Below the pieces are notes generated by a model. The model did no database searches and was not told where the DNA came from. It was given only the letters and a program-made list of their open reading frames with translations. Below, piece by piece: positions 27,290 to 38,904 of a DNA stretch of 64,000 nt (its first letter is position 1; every line of letters starts with the position of its first letter). Origin of the DNA: Tubulanus polymorphus (lineage: Eukaryota; Animalia; Nemertea). Made by a program: the position numbers and the translations under genes. The stretch is from assembly GCF_964204645.1 (NCBI RefSeq), contig NC_134027.1:14540485-14604484 (forward strand), in the 5' to 3' direction.

Positions 27290-27643
27290 ATGGAGAGTAA
27301 ACAAACACACAGTGAGAACAACAAATTATTTCTAGATAGAATTAAAGATATCACAAATGTAAAATCTGTAGATTATAAATTCAAAAAGTTAACAGAATTA
27401 ACAATCCATAAGAAATATCTAATTACAAATATTGATACAGTTACTAATAACTGTGGAGATAAATTAGTTATACACTTAGAATATGAAGGATTAAAAGGAA
27501 ATACATATAAATTCAGAACATATTTACCGGATAGATTTCATAGATTATCAAGTGAAGATTTAGAAGAATTATGTTCTGGAGATTTCTATTTCGTATACAA
27601 AGGTAAGAATGAAAAAGGGCACCATGAAATAGATTTCGAATAA
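27290..27643 (+). CDS. Polinton small unknown protein (possibly OB-fold/ssDNA-binding)
   Basis: Intact 117-aa ORF with TAAATG start right after polB; function is a guess. Confidence 0.6.
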   Translation: MESKQTHSENNKLFLDRIKDITNVKSVDYKFKKLTELTIHKKYLITNIDTVTNNCGDKLVIHLEYEGLKGNTYKFRTYLPDRFHRLSSEDLEELCSGDFYFVYKGKNEKGHHEIDFE

Positions 27644-27657
27644 AATATGTAAAATAA

Positions 27658-28412
27658 ATGGTAGAATTAAAAGAATACAGAATATTTGTTGATTCTAGAA
27701 AACATACAAATTATAAATCTCATAATCTACTAGTACAATTAGATAGAGAATTTAAGAATTGTGTAGATTTAAAATTAGTAAATATAAGTTTATGTAATTC
27801 TTTTTATAATATATCAGATAAAACTTTTGAACATAGAGGGTTTATGATTGATATGAGAAATAAAGATAAATGGTTTCATATATTTTTAAAACCAGGATTA
27901 TATAATTTAGAATCATTAGCACAGGAAATTAATAGAAGAGCTCGGTTGAAAATCGGGGGCACTTCTGTATTTGAAATTAAATTTAATAAAATTGATAGTA
28001 CTAATAAAATTAGAATAATGATATCTAATGAACAACATGAATTTATGGTAAACAAACCACTGGCTAAAATGTTAGGAATTAAACCGCTTACAGTTACTGG
28101 AAACGCAGAAGGCAGCTCAAATATAATACCTTTTACACACTTTTATATTTATTGCAATTTAATCGAGCCTACAAAAACTTTCGAAGCAACTAAAGAAACA
28201 ATTTGTAGTTCTAGTATACTAAATATTTTACCGCTAAAAATGTTAAACAATTTGGAACTCAAATAAATTATAATTTAACTGAATGTGATTTCAAACCTTG
28301 TATTCCACATTTCAATAATTTTAAATTAGAAATAAGAAATCATAATGGTTATTTAATTGATTTGAATAACTTTCCTGTGATATATGAATTAATTATAAGA
28401 TGTAAAGAGTAA
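27658..28412 (+). pseudogene. Minor capsid (penton-like single jelly-roll) protein, frameshift near 28240
   Basis: IFVDSR, NSFYNIS, PGLYNL, YIYCNLIE, then LEIRNHNG.LIDLNN.PV.YEL.I in the next frame; pattern typical of Polinton/virophage minor capsid proteins. Confidence 0.7.
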
Positions 28413-28428
28413 TTATTTCACTATATAA

Positions 28429-28785
28429 ATGAATATAACTGTTGGGCCGAGTATATGTTTTGGGTTTGATTTTAAACATGAGAAAGAAATGAAATTTAAC
28501 GTTAATGATGTAATTACACATATCAAAAATATTACATTTTCTAATGAAACAACATTTGAGTATGAAACAACAATAGATAAAGAAACTTTAAATGTAGAAA
28601 AGATTACTAATTTAATTAGAGAATCTTTAAGATTTTATGAATTAGATGAAGATTTTATCATCGATGATATTAAAAAAATAATAATTGAAATATATACAAA
28701 TGAAACTAGTAATGAAATAAATGTTGAATTAATCATAAATAAGATAACTAAATATTTTGATGATAGTAATTTCTTTGGTAAATAA
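28429..28785 (+). CDS. Polinton hypothetical protein
   Basis: Intact 118-aa ORF, TAAATG start. Confidence 0.6.
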   Translation: MNITVGPSICFGFDFKHEKEMKFNVNDVITHIKNITFSNETTFEYETTIDKETLNVEKITNLIRESLRFYELDEDFIIDDIKKIIIEIYTNETSNEINVELIINKITKYFDDSNFFGK

Positions 28786-29010
28786 ATGAGTGATAATAAG
28801 TGGATAATAACTGGATTATATAATGGCGCATTACTATCAGTTGGAACTGTTGGTTATCCAATGGTATTAAAAAAAGTATTTAAAATGGGAAGTGTTAATG
28901 TTGATAGATTTGATATAAATGATATCTTAAAATTAACGTTAGCAGTTACTTTATCTAATTTAACTATTGATTATTTGGAAAAACATAAATATATTATTCC
29001 TCCCATATAA
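28786..29010 (+). CDS. Small hydrophobic Polinton protein
   Basis: 74 aa, two hydrophobic segments, TAAATG start abutting the upstream stop. Confidence 0.65.
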   Translation: MSDNKWIITGLYNGALLSVGTVGYPMVLKKVFKMGSVNVDRFDINDILKLTLAVTLSNLTIDYLEKHKYIIPPI

Positions 29011-29034
29011 ATGCGTAATTATTTTACTAAATAA

Positions 29035-29457
29035 ATGGCTTCTGCAATTATAACTATTATAGGATCGGCAATTGTTAACGCTTTAGCATTTACTGGTGGT
29101 GGTTATTTATTCAAGCATATTGATAAAAATGGTTCATTATCAGAACAAAAAAGACATAACTTAGCGTTAGAAAAATATAATAAAGCTGCAGAAGAATATA
29201 GAGAAAAACGACAAACCTATATGGATTATATTAACAAAGAATTATATGATCAGAAGATTTCACACAGAGATTTTCAATCAGTTGATGATGCAATGAGTTT
29301 ATATAACGCGGTAACCAATAAAGAAAAATTACATCTATACAAACCTAAATTATCAGATTATTATACCCCGAGTAAAGAACAACAGAAATATGAAATAATA
29401 TGGATTTTAGGCGGAACTGTTATTGTTATATTTGTTGCTTATAAGTTTACTAATTAG
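29035..29457 (+). CDS. Polinton protein with hydrophobic N-terminus, helical middle and C-terminal TM segment
   Basis: MASAIITIIGSAIVNALAFTGGGYLF...EQKRHNLALEKY...IIWILGGTVIVIFVAY. Confidence 0.7.
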   Translation: MASAIITIIGSAIVNALAFTGGGYLFKHIDKNGSLSEQKRHNLALEKYNKAAEEYREKRQTYMDYINKELYDQKISHRDFQSVDDAMSLYNAVTNKEKLHLYKPKLSDYYTPSKEQQKYEIIWILGGTVIVIFVAYKFTN

Positions 29458-29476
29458 TAATTTTTTTGCTAAATAA

Positions 29477-29911
29477 ATGGAAGATAAAGTTGATAATATT
29501 GATATTATTCCTCATGATATAAATAAAACTAAATTAAAAACATATTTAGAAAAGCAAATATTAGAATTTGAAAGTGACTTAAAGATAAAAAAGAAAAAAT
29601 ATTTAAAAAGTAAAATTATATATTATTTGATTATAAGTGGTTCGGTTACAATTAGTTCTGTAATAACATTTCTAGCAATATTCAGTCCATTAACACCTTT
29701 AGCTATATCAATTGGCGTATTAGGATTAAGTTCAAGTGTATTAACTGGTATAAGTTCAAAATTAAATATAAAAAGTAATAAAGAAAAAATTAAAACTAAT
29801 ATAAAAGAAATTAATAAATTAAAGAATACACTAGATTATATAATAAGTTTAAATGGTAATATAACAGTTGAAGAACAAGATAAATTATTGAAAGAATTAG
29901 TTAATTATTAA
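29477..29911 (+). CDS. Two-TM coiled-coil Polinton protein
   Basis: IIYYLIISGSVTISSVITFLAIF and LAISIGVLGLSSSVLTGI flanked by K/E-rich helices. Confidence 0.7.
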   Translation: MEDKVDNIDIIPHDINKTKLKTYLEKQILEFESDLKIKKKKYLKSKIIYYLIISGSVTISSVITFLAIFSPLTPLAISIGVLGLSSSVLTGISSKLNIKSNKEKIKTNIKEINKLKNTLDYIISLNGNITVEEQDKLLKELVNY

Positions 29912-29927
29912 TTTTTTAATTATATAA

Positions 29928-31226
29928 ATGGGGTTTCCAAAAGCTTTCCAATAAAATAAATCAATTAAATATTATATTCCTGCAATAGATTTTAAGAAAA
30001 ATATTACATATAGAAATGTAGTTTTAAATTCATTAGCTAATTTAGAAATTTATGTTACTGAATCACAGTTTTTTATTTCTAAAATGGAAAATATATTTAA
30101 TACATATGAAGTTACTTTTACTCGAGATGAATACCATATATATAAAGTAAAATCTAATATGAAATATTGGCAGAATCAATTAAATTTTGCTGTTTATTGT
30201 GCAACAACAGGATGTGGAATAAGTTGGAATGATCATTTAAATAACTTAGATAAAAATTTGAAGTATTCTGATATAAAATTAATTCACACAATATTTATAT
30301 TTCACACATCTTTTCAAATCGGAATAATATTAAATGATTTAGAATGTCCTTTACCCGGGTCTAAATATTTTAAAGAATTGGATAATAATATAAATCTATC
30401 TAAGTTTTATAAAATATGTAATGAATTTAATATAAATATTAATTCCGATTTTAGAGCGCATGGTAAATTGCAAGGTGTTGGTGAAGAGTATGAAATAAAA
30501 AGAATTGATTATATGCATAGAATTGGAGCTTATCATAATCATAAAATTGATAATAATAATGGTTGGGTTAATTTCATTTTAGAAAATGGTGAAGGTTTTA
30601 CAAAGCAGGTATACAAAGAATAAATCAATCTATTAGAACTTATTTGATATGTATTTTAGGTGCGCAAGTTGAAACAAGATCCCCAATAATTGGAAATGAT
30701 AACACTTCATTCGATGCGCAGAAACAGTTTAAAGTATTATTTGAAGATTCCATTCATAATGATAAAAATAGATCGATTCCGGAAAACATTGTAAGATATC
30801 AAAATTATTTAGATAAATCACATATTAGATTAAATTATTGTATAGGCCCTAATCTATTTATTATTTCTAATGATTTAGTATTAAAGATGGGAAATGTAAT
30901 TGGTTATAATAATCTAATTAAAACTGCAACAATAAATAATTCATTTGGATTAAATGATATAAATAAAAAGATAATTACTGCTCCAAAATTAATGGAAGGT
31001 GAAAAAAATAAAAAAACACATTCAATCAACAGAAACTAAAACTAATAATATTAAATTAAATAATGATTCTAAACCGGATTATAATACATCAGAAAATATT
31101 AGAACTGATAATATTCAACATGAAATAATTAAACTAAATGATGATAATAAATCCCATGAAAATACTAAATTAGCTTTAACTTGTATAGGAATTGTAATCG
31201 GAGGAATATTATATTTTAAATTTTAA
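29928..31226 (+). pseudogene. Polinton unknown protein with C-terminal TM anchor, disrupted
   Basis: TAAATG at 29925, early stop, then consecutive ORFs 30084-30623 (YWQNQLNFAVYCATTGCGIS), 30644-31039 and 30999-31226 (LALTCIGIVIGGILYF). Confidence 0.7.
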
Positions 31227-31241
31227 TTTTTTATTATGTAA

Positions 31242-32695
31242 ATGGCAGAAGGTGGAGAAGATTATGAAATGGAAGGCATGGGAAATAATAATGAGGGATA
31301 TATTGATGATGATTATAATGATGCAGAAACTAATATTGATGATGGTAATGAATCAGCATATAATTCTAATTTAGCAGATAGTGGTTCTAAAGGCCAATCA
31401 ACAGATGAATTTGATAGAAGAACTAGATCGAGAATAAATCCTGAAAATGAAAATCCAGATTTAGTAAAACAAAATTTAGAATATAATGAATATATTTATA
31501 GTTTCAAACCTATATTTGAAAAATCTGGATATAATGTAAATGCCAGAGGCGCCAGACTTTTAGTACAAGAATTAAAATCTTTAGATGGTGAATATTATTA
31601 TCATTTGAAAGATCATTATTATATTGATATCTCTTATAAAAAACTAAACAAAATATTAGGAGAATCAACTTTGCTTAAGTTAGACCTATCTAGAATTAAA
31701 AGAATAAGAAATAGTAATGAAATAGAAGATGTAACACAAGAAGAAATTATTAAAAATGAAAGAGTATTTAAACAAAGAATTAATGAATTATTTGAAACAA
31801 TCGATAACAATTTAGAAACAGAAACAACTTCTGAACAGAATATAACTTCCAAAACTAGTAAACCTAATTCAAAAGGAGTTCCAATTGAAAATTTTTACCG
31901 AATGGATTACTTGATGCAACAGATCAACAATTAGAAGATTTAAATAATATACTTTCTGATAAAGCAATAAGAGAAATTATTAGTATAAGAAATGAAGCTG
32001 ATAAAATTGCGCATGATAAAAGTATAAGAGATTTAAAAATTAGAACTTTAGAAGATGAATTATTTAAATCAAGAAAAGAATCGGAACAACTAAAATTAGA
32101 TAGAGATAATAAAGTTATTGAAGAAATTGAATTTAAAAAAAGAAATGCATATTTAGAAAAAGAAATTGATGATTTAGAATATAACATAGAATTTCAGAAA
32201 GAAGAAATTAAATTATTAAAAAAATCATATGATTATTGTATTAATAGATTAAAAAGTGTTGTTAAAGATTTAATAATTAAACCAAATTCTGAAATATCAT
32301 TGAAAGATAGAATAAAATTATTATTTAAGTTTGAAGGAATCACAATTCTTTCAATTCTAACAGCAGTAACTATGGTATTTACAACAATAGGTTTAGCTAT
32401 ATCAAATGCTTTGAAATCTACTCCTACTCCCAATAAACCGGATAAACCCCCGAATGATAATAATTATATACAAGATAAAGTTAAAGATGGTTTAAAGAAA
32501 TTAGCAAAATATTTATGGGAACTATCTAAAAAATCTGCTGCAGCATTGCCAGGAGTTATTGCATCAATTGTTGGTTTTATATTGAAATCTGCAGGAAACA
32601 TTATTAACTTTGCTGCTGAACATATTATTTTATTTTTAATTACAGTTGTAAGTGCAATTATTTTTGGGTTAGTAAACATGATAAAAAATAAATAA
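31242..32695 (+). pseudogene. Acidic/coiled-coil protein with hydrophobic C-terminal domain, disrupted
   Basis: ORF 31242-31934, shifted coiled-coil frame, then 32300-32695 (GITILSILTAVTMVFTTIG...AAALPGVIASIVGFIL...FLITVVSAIIFG). Confidence 0.7.
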
Positions 32696-32715
32696 TTAAT
32701 TTTTTTGTTAAATAA

Positions 32716-33963
32716 ATGAGTGGGAGTTATATCAATCCTTCTAAGAATCATAGAATATCTAATGCTATTAAAGCAGAAAGATCACATCATATAATTACTC
32801 ATAACCCTTCTAATATTAATCCCGATGAAACTTTATATGTTAGAATTCCTAGATTAACACAAAATACTTTTTATGTTCCAAATAGTATTTATTTATCTGC
32901 CGATATAAAAGTAATCGGTAATAATAATAATTATGTTGTTGATAATGTTGGAAGATATTTGATTAAAAAATTAACTATAAAGATTGGTCCAGAAACCGTT
33001 TTCTCATTAGATGATTATAATTTATTTATGCATTATAAAGATTTATGGTTAACTAAAGAAAATAGAAATAATATGATATTTCAAGGCATCCAATCAGAAA
33101 ACCAAAATGAATTAAGATCAGAAGCTAATAGCGCAATATTAACTAATGCTGTAGATAAATTGATAAAAAGTATATATGGAATCAAATATAAAATTCCATT
33201 AGACTTTGAATTGATAAATAACAATGCACCTTTATATAAATACGCAATTCAAGAAGACGTTATATTCGAAATAACATTTGCTCCTGTAAATGAAATTGTA
33301 ATATCTAGCGTTAATAAAGATATGAGTTATAAATTATCGAATATATGTTTAGAATATGACACAGTAACTGATGAAAATATTTCAAGTATAATTCAAACTC
33401 AATACAATCAAGGATTTTCATTATTATATGATTATATTGATAAATTTAAAACTGTAACTATTAATGCAAATGATGAAATTATTAATGAGAATATTAACTT
33501 CCCAAGAAGATCTATTAAAGGTATATTAATATTTTTTACTATTGCAACATATACTAATGGTGCAATAAATGTTGATAATTATTATAATCCTGAAATAACA
33601 AAAGTAGAAATAACTATCGAAGGAATAGCAAATAAAATATTTTGTCAAGGAATGAGAATGATTGATCAATGGCCAGAAATTAGAAAACATTTTATGAATG
33701 AAAAAGTAAAATCATCTGAAAATTGTAACATTAATCAAATTGATTATTATACCGGTAATAAATATGCATTGTGGTTAGATTTTAGAACAACAGAGGATAA
33801 TTCATTACATGGTTCTGGAAAAAAACTACAGAACACTAAAGATGGAATACAATTATTCATGACAAAGAATAAAGGAATCAAAAATTTTAAAATGCACATT
33901 TATATTATATCTGACGCACAAATAAATATTGTAAATTCTCAATTAAATAGTGTTATGTATTAA
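32716..33963 (+). CDS. Major capsid protein (double jelly-roll type)
   Basis: Intact 415-aa beta-rich ORF; NPSNINPDETLYVRIP, YKIPLDF, YKLSNICLEYD, NINFPRRSIKGIL, YALWLDFR; size and context fit a Polinton MCP. Confidence 0.75.
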   Translation: MSGSYINPSKNHRISNAIKAERSHHIITHNPSNINPDETLYVRIPRLTQNTFYVPNSIYLSADIKVIGNNNNYVVDNVGRYLIKKLTIKIGPETVFSLDDYNLFMHYKDLWLTKENRNNMIFQGIQSENQNELRSEANSAILTNAVDKLIKSIYGIKYKIPLDFELINNNAPLYKYAIQEDVIFEITFAPVNEIVISSVNKDMSYKLSNICLEYDTVTDENISSIIQTQYNQGFSLLYDYIDKFKTVTINANDEIINENINFPRRSIKGILIFFTIATYTNGAINVDNYYNPEITKVEITIEGIANKIFCQGMRMIDQWPEIRKHFMNEKVKSSENCNINQIDYYTGNKYALWLDFRTTEDNSLHGSGKKLQNTKDGIQLFMTKNKGIKNFKMHIYIISDAQINIVNSQLNSVMY

Positions 33964-33995
33964 AATTTTAACTTTAATAAAAATTTATATAATAA

Positions 33996-34977
33996 ATGGA
34001 AGGAGGTAAAGTATATAAACATATTCCATACACATGAAAATAATGATGGTTTATATTATGTAATACCTTGTAATATAGCTTTGATATTTGATCCTATTTT
34101 CAAAATTTATAAAACTAAACTAATAGAAATCGATAATAATAAAAGTGGTGTTGTTGATAATATAAGTAATGTAATTGATAATAATGTAATACCTTCTACA
34201 TCTTATAATGTAATACCTACTACATCTAATAATGTAATACCTACTACATCTAGTAATGTAATACCTACTACATCTAATAATGAAATACCCTCTACATCAA
34301 ATAATGTAATACCTACTACATCTAATAATGTAATACCTTTTACATATAATAATGAAATAATATTAAATGTTAGTGAAAATAGAAATTATTGTGATTATTG
34401 TAAAGGCGAATTTTCAAACGCTCCATCAAATTGGAATAATCATATGAATACAAAGATACATATTACTAATGTTATAGAACGTGTTGGTAAAAAAGAATTT
34501 ATAGAACACCCATTTAGATATGTTACAAAGTTTGTTTCAAATCAAAAAGTAAATGGTAAAGAATTATATGAAGATTTATTATAAGCAACACCTAATAAAG
34601 ATGAATTAGATTTAACCGATGCTATTAAATTAGAATCAAACATTGTAAATGAAATATTAGGAGCAAACACTAATAAAGATAATAATGAAAATGGCGCCGT
34701 ATGGCACCCACATGGTGATATAGTTACAGATAAGCATATTGATAATAAAGATTCTATGAAACTTAAATCAGAAAATAAAGATATAGTTGAGATGACTAAT
34801 AAGTATATCAATAAACCAATTATTTATGAAGATACGGTAAAAAGGGTGAAGAATAAGTACAAAAATAATAAAGAATTTGAAGAAGAAAATTCGGTAGAGA
34901 ATTTGAATAGATTGTTAGGGTCTGATGATGAATTGGAGAGTGATGATGAAAGTGATTCAGAAAAAGTGATTATCTAA
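33996..34977 (+). pseudogene. Zinc-finger protein with 8-aa tandem repeats, disrupted
   Basis: TAAATG start; about 7 repeats of NNVIPTTS (24 bp, 34180-34360); YCDYC...HMNTKIH; internal stop at 34582-34584. Confidence 0.65.
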
Positions 34978-35049
34978 CACTCAAAAAGTAATAAACGTTG
35001 AAAATTGTATAAAATAATAGTAAATAAAAAAGGGGGTTCTAAGTATTAA

Positions 35050-35350
35050 GGTATCTAATACGTATCTAATACGTATTTAATACGTATCTAATACGTATCT
35101 AATACGTATCTAATACATATCTAATACGTATCTAATACGTATTATTTGAAAATACCTTAAATTATATTTTTTTAAAATTTATATTAGAAACCTCAGTAAT
35201 AATAAATAACCTTTATTATTTTCAAACTTATTCATATATTAGTTGAAAAAAATAAAAATAAATTGGTTGAAAATTGTACGAATAATATTTATTTTAAAAA
35301 AGGGGGTTTTAAGTACTAATGTATTTAATACGTATTTAATACGTATTAGA
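35050..35350. repeat. 11-bp tandem repeats (gtatctaatac) in the convergent intergenic region
   Basis: About 8 units at 35051-35140 and 2-3 at 35321-35350; reverse-complement copy at 55600-55925. Confidence 0.8.
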
Positions 35351-35365
35351 TAGATATATAAATAG

Positions 35366-35977
35366 TTACTTTATAAATTTATATTCATAACGAAATTGTT
35401 ATCTCAGTAATAATTTTGAACCTTTATTATTCTTTAATTTATTCATATATTCATCATGTAATTCAGTAGGTATAATTTGATTTTCTTCCAATGATTGTTG
35501 CCTAGATTTTTTATCTTTGTTATAAAATAAAACTAGAAATCTTATATTCTCCCTAAAGTCTTTAACAATTGAATTATATTTTTGATTTAAAACCCATGTT
35601 GTTATCCCAAAATGTCTCCCAGAGAAAGCTAGATAACATAACTCACTTTCTCTAACTTTTGAATCATGTAAATTTGCGCAATCATCTATAATGAATAATG
35701 TATTTGATCCTTTATAAGTATCAATTGCTATTTTAATACAATTATCTAAATTTTCTTTTACTGTTTTAGGATCTAATATAATAAACTTGTTCATCTTAAC
35801 TATATCTCTATTATATGTTTTATTCATTTCATAAGTAGGACAGAATAATATTATATTATCAAAATGATTCTTATAAATAGTTTCTAACAAGTCTAATATG
35901 AAATGTGTTTTACCACAGTTGGTTACTCCAGGAACTAACATATTATGCGGTTCAAATATAAATAAATCTTTATTCAT
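35366..35977 (-). CDS. A32/FtsK-like genome packaging ATPase (C-terminus clipped by a lesion at ~35399)
   Basis: Walker A GVTNCGKT, Walker B FIIDD, SGRHFGIT..LNQKY, FREN. Confidence 0.9.
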
Positions 35978-37075
35978 TCATTCTTTTAATTTTACTAGAT
36001 AAAATCCATTCATTAAATTTATCATCATATCCTTTATATTTCACCAAAGAATACTTTTTTCCTTTAAGAGTTTTTGTTTTCAATACTTTTTCTATTTTGT
36101 ATTCTATTTCATCTGGATTTGGTACAAGTGATAATTCTTGTTCATAGAAATAACCTAATATTTCTTCATCTTTTAGATCTTCTAATTGATAAACAAAAGG
36201 TTTAGTTAATATTATCTTTTTAATCTTGAATATTTATTTTGTAAAATTTGGGGTATAACCTTTATAAAAGGTTTTTCTATATTAAGATATTCTAACGTGT
36301 TGTCCAATTTTAAATTTAGGTTCGCCGAAATCATGTGTAACAAATGCGCCATATAAATTATTCCAAACTATTTCTGAATTATCTTCTTTTCTAGCTTGTA
36401 TAGGTTTCATATTTATAGAACTATGTTTAGAATTATTATAACCTTTCACTAGATCATCTAACACATCGATATATTTATATGTTTCATTAGCAGTAAAGTA
36501 TTTCGACATTCTAGTTTTCAATGTTTTATTAAATCTTTCTATAATAGATGCTTTTTTATCTGAATGTGTTGAAAAATATTTTACATCGTTATCATATAAT
36601 AGTTTGTTATAAAATTCCTTACCTTCATCAAATTGTATCTTATCTGGAATAGCTTCTTTAAATATAGATTTAAAAGCATTTGTTACTTCTATACCAGTTT
36701 TATTTTTGATTGGAATTGACCATGCGTATCGACTGAATATGTCTATAACATTTAATATCCAGAAATATCCTTTGTTGTATTCCTCTAAGTTCTTCATGTC
36801 AATTAAATCTGCTTGCCATTGTTGATCGATATATGAAACCATAACTTTTCTTGTTAAATAAGTTTTATCCATTTTCTTGTGGATTTGATATGTTGGTTGA
36901 TTTTGTAACCATGATTTCAATTCACTATATTTTATATCACCATGTGGGTGCCATACGGCATTATGCCATTTTCCTTATCAGATTTAATTTTACCCCATAA
37001 TTCTGTAACGTTAGAATATGATACTTCACTTTCTGGGTTATAATATAAATCTCTTAAATATTGTTCTTTTTTCAT
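35970..37075 (-). pseudogene. int: Retroviral-like (RVE) integrase with C-terminal chromo-like domain
   Basis: WQADLIDM, IDIFSRYAW, IQFDEGKEF, IERFNKTLK, YNNSKHSSI.MKP, KFKIGQHVRIS, IEKVLK...VKYKGYDDKFNEWI. Confidence 0.92.
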
Positions 37076-37169
37076 CTTCTTTTAATCCATTAATAATAAT
37101 CTTGGGTTATTTTCAATGGTTTTAGGATTTGACTTATTTTCTAGTATGATAGCCTTTTTCTTAACGCTA

Positions 37170-37780
37170 TCACTCATTTATTTTAGTTAATTTTTGTTCT
37201 GATTCATTTTCTTTTTCGCTGTTTGGTTGTAGTACATCTGTTTCGTTCTTACCTGATTTATATTCCATAGGCTTGATGTTCGAAAATGTTATGACACCAG
37301 TAGAAATTAATGTCATAACCGATCCTAATTGAAATGAAGCATAACCAACCCATTTTTGTAATTCAGTCATAACTAAGTAGTCATTTTTCAAATCACTATA
37401 TAATTTATTTTCATCATTAATTGGTATTAACTGGTTACATAACTTAGAATAACATTTGACAATACCATCTGAAATAGAATCATTTATTCGGGCTAATCTT
37501 GCCTCTTCATAAATCTTAAAATATTTTATTACTTTATCTGGTTTCATAGCATCTAGTTCTTGATAAATTAAAATTACTAAAATTACTAAAAGAAATCCTT
37601 AGATTTCCCGCCAGCAATTAATAATTGAAGATGGTGTTTACAATAAAAATAGTATTCATAATCTATATTACAATTAACTTGAGCACAATTAGTTACAACT
37701 GTATCTTTATTATCACTTATACCCAAATCATCTAATGTCTTTTCAATATCAATACTATTCTTACTCGATTTCTTTGACAT
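37170..37780 (-). pseudogene. Polinton unknown protein (intact homolog at 52937-53539)
   Basis: ORFs 37586-37780 and 37170-37547 align to the single 200-aa ORF at 52937. Confidence 0.8.
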
Positions 37781-38089
37781 TTATATTAGAGAAAAAAGCG
37801 AAAAAAAATATAAGTATTATAAAATGATACCAGTATCTCTTTAGATTAATACTAGCTTAGTTAAAGGTAAAGAATTTTAGTATTAGTTATTGTTTTTTTA
37901 GTATTTTTTATTTGTGATATAAAGTATTCTCTTTTGAAAAGAATTGTAAAAGAAAATATCAAAAATTAAAATAGAAATAATGGCTAGTTGAAGTTATTGT
38001 TTTTTTAATATATTCTATTTGAATTCTATTTGATATCTCACTACTATTGTTTATCTATTAGGAGCAGTAATTATAACTGTCCAGATAAG

Positions 38090-38767
38090 TCATTTCTGAT
38101 CCTTGATATCAAATTCCTCAACATATTGTTCATTATTTGGATCATTGTTCCATTGATCAATAAATTTCTTTGCCTTTGTTAACTGTTCTAAATATAACTG
38201 TAAATCTAGTTTATTAGATTTGATTTGATTTTCTTTCTTTTCTAAAGGCCTTAAATTTTTCCAACCCCAAATAAGTTTTTTATTGTATTCATCATTCATG
38301 TTAAATTTAGATATTGGTAACACGTGATCAATATGGTAATAATCCCCATAATTATCTATATTCATTTTATCATCGAATTGAAATATAATCCATGATTTGA
38401 GAAATTCATCTGAACAACCCAATAGATTAGATAGTGTTTCTGAATGTGTTCCTTTGTTGAATAATTGTGTTAATCTAGATCTTAAGCATTGTTTCAATCT
38501 AAAATTAAGATCTGTTTGATATCTTTCTCTCATATATTCTGCCATATAATAATTTTAATGTTCTATATTATCTTCTCGGTATTGTTTGTTATATAGTTTA
38601 AAACAAGTTTTACAGCAATATTGAAAACCATCTTTGCTAATCTTACGCTTACTAAATTCTGTTAAAGCTAATTTATCTAATTCACATTTAGAACACTTCT
38701 TGTAGTATATGTTTATAACACCAGCGTTATTTGTAATATTGATGGTTTGTGGTTGTTCTGGTTCCAT
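38090..38767 (-). pseudogene. HNH endonuclease with zinc ribbon
   Basis: KKCSKC...CCKTC then YHIDHVLPISKF...NLRPL; interrupted near 38555. Confidence 0.85.
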
Positions 38768-38904
38768 TTATTATACGTATTTTTTTACTAAATTGGTTAA
38801 TATTTTAGAATCCTCTTCCATTTCTTCGACCAACGCCATCCTTTTTCATTCCTCGCTGCTTTTGATAAGTTGTTTCGATTCCTTGATATCTAAATAATAC
38901 CACT

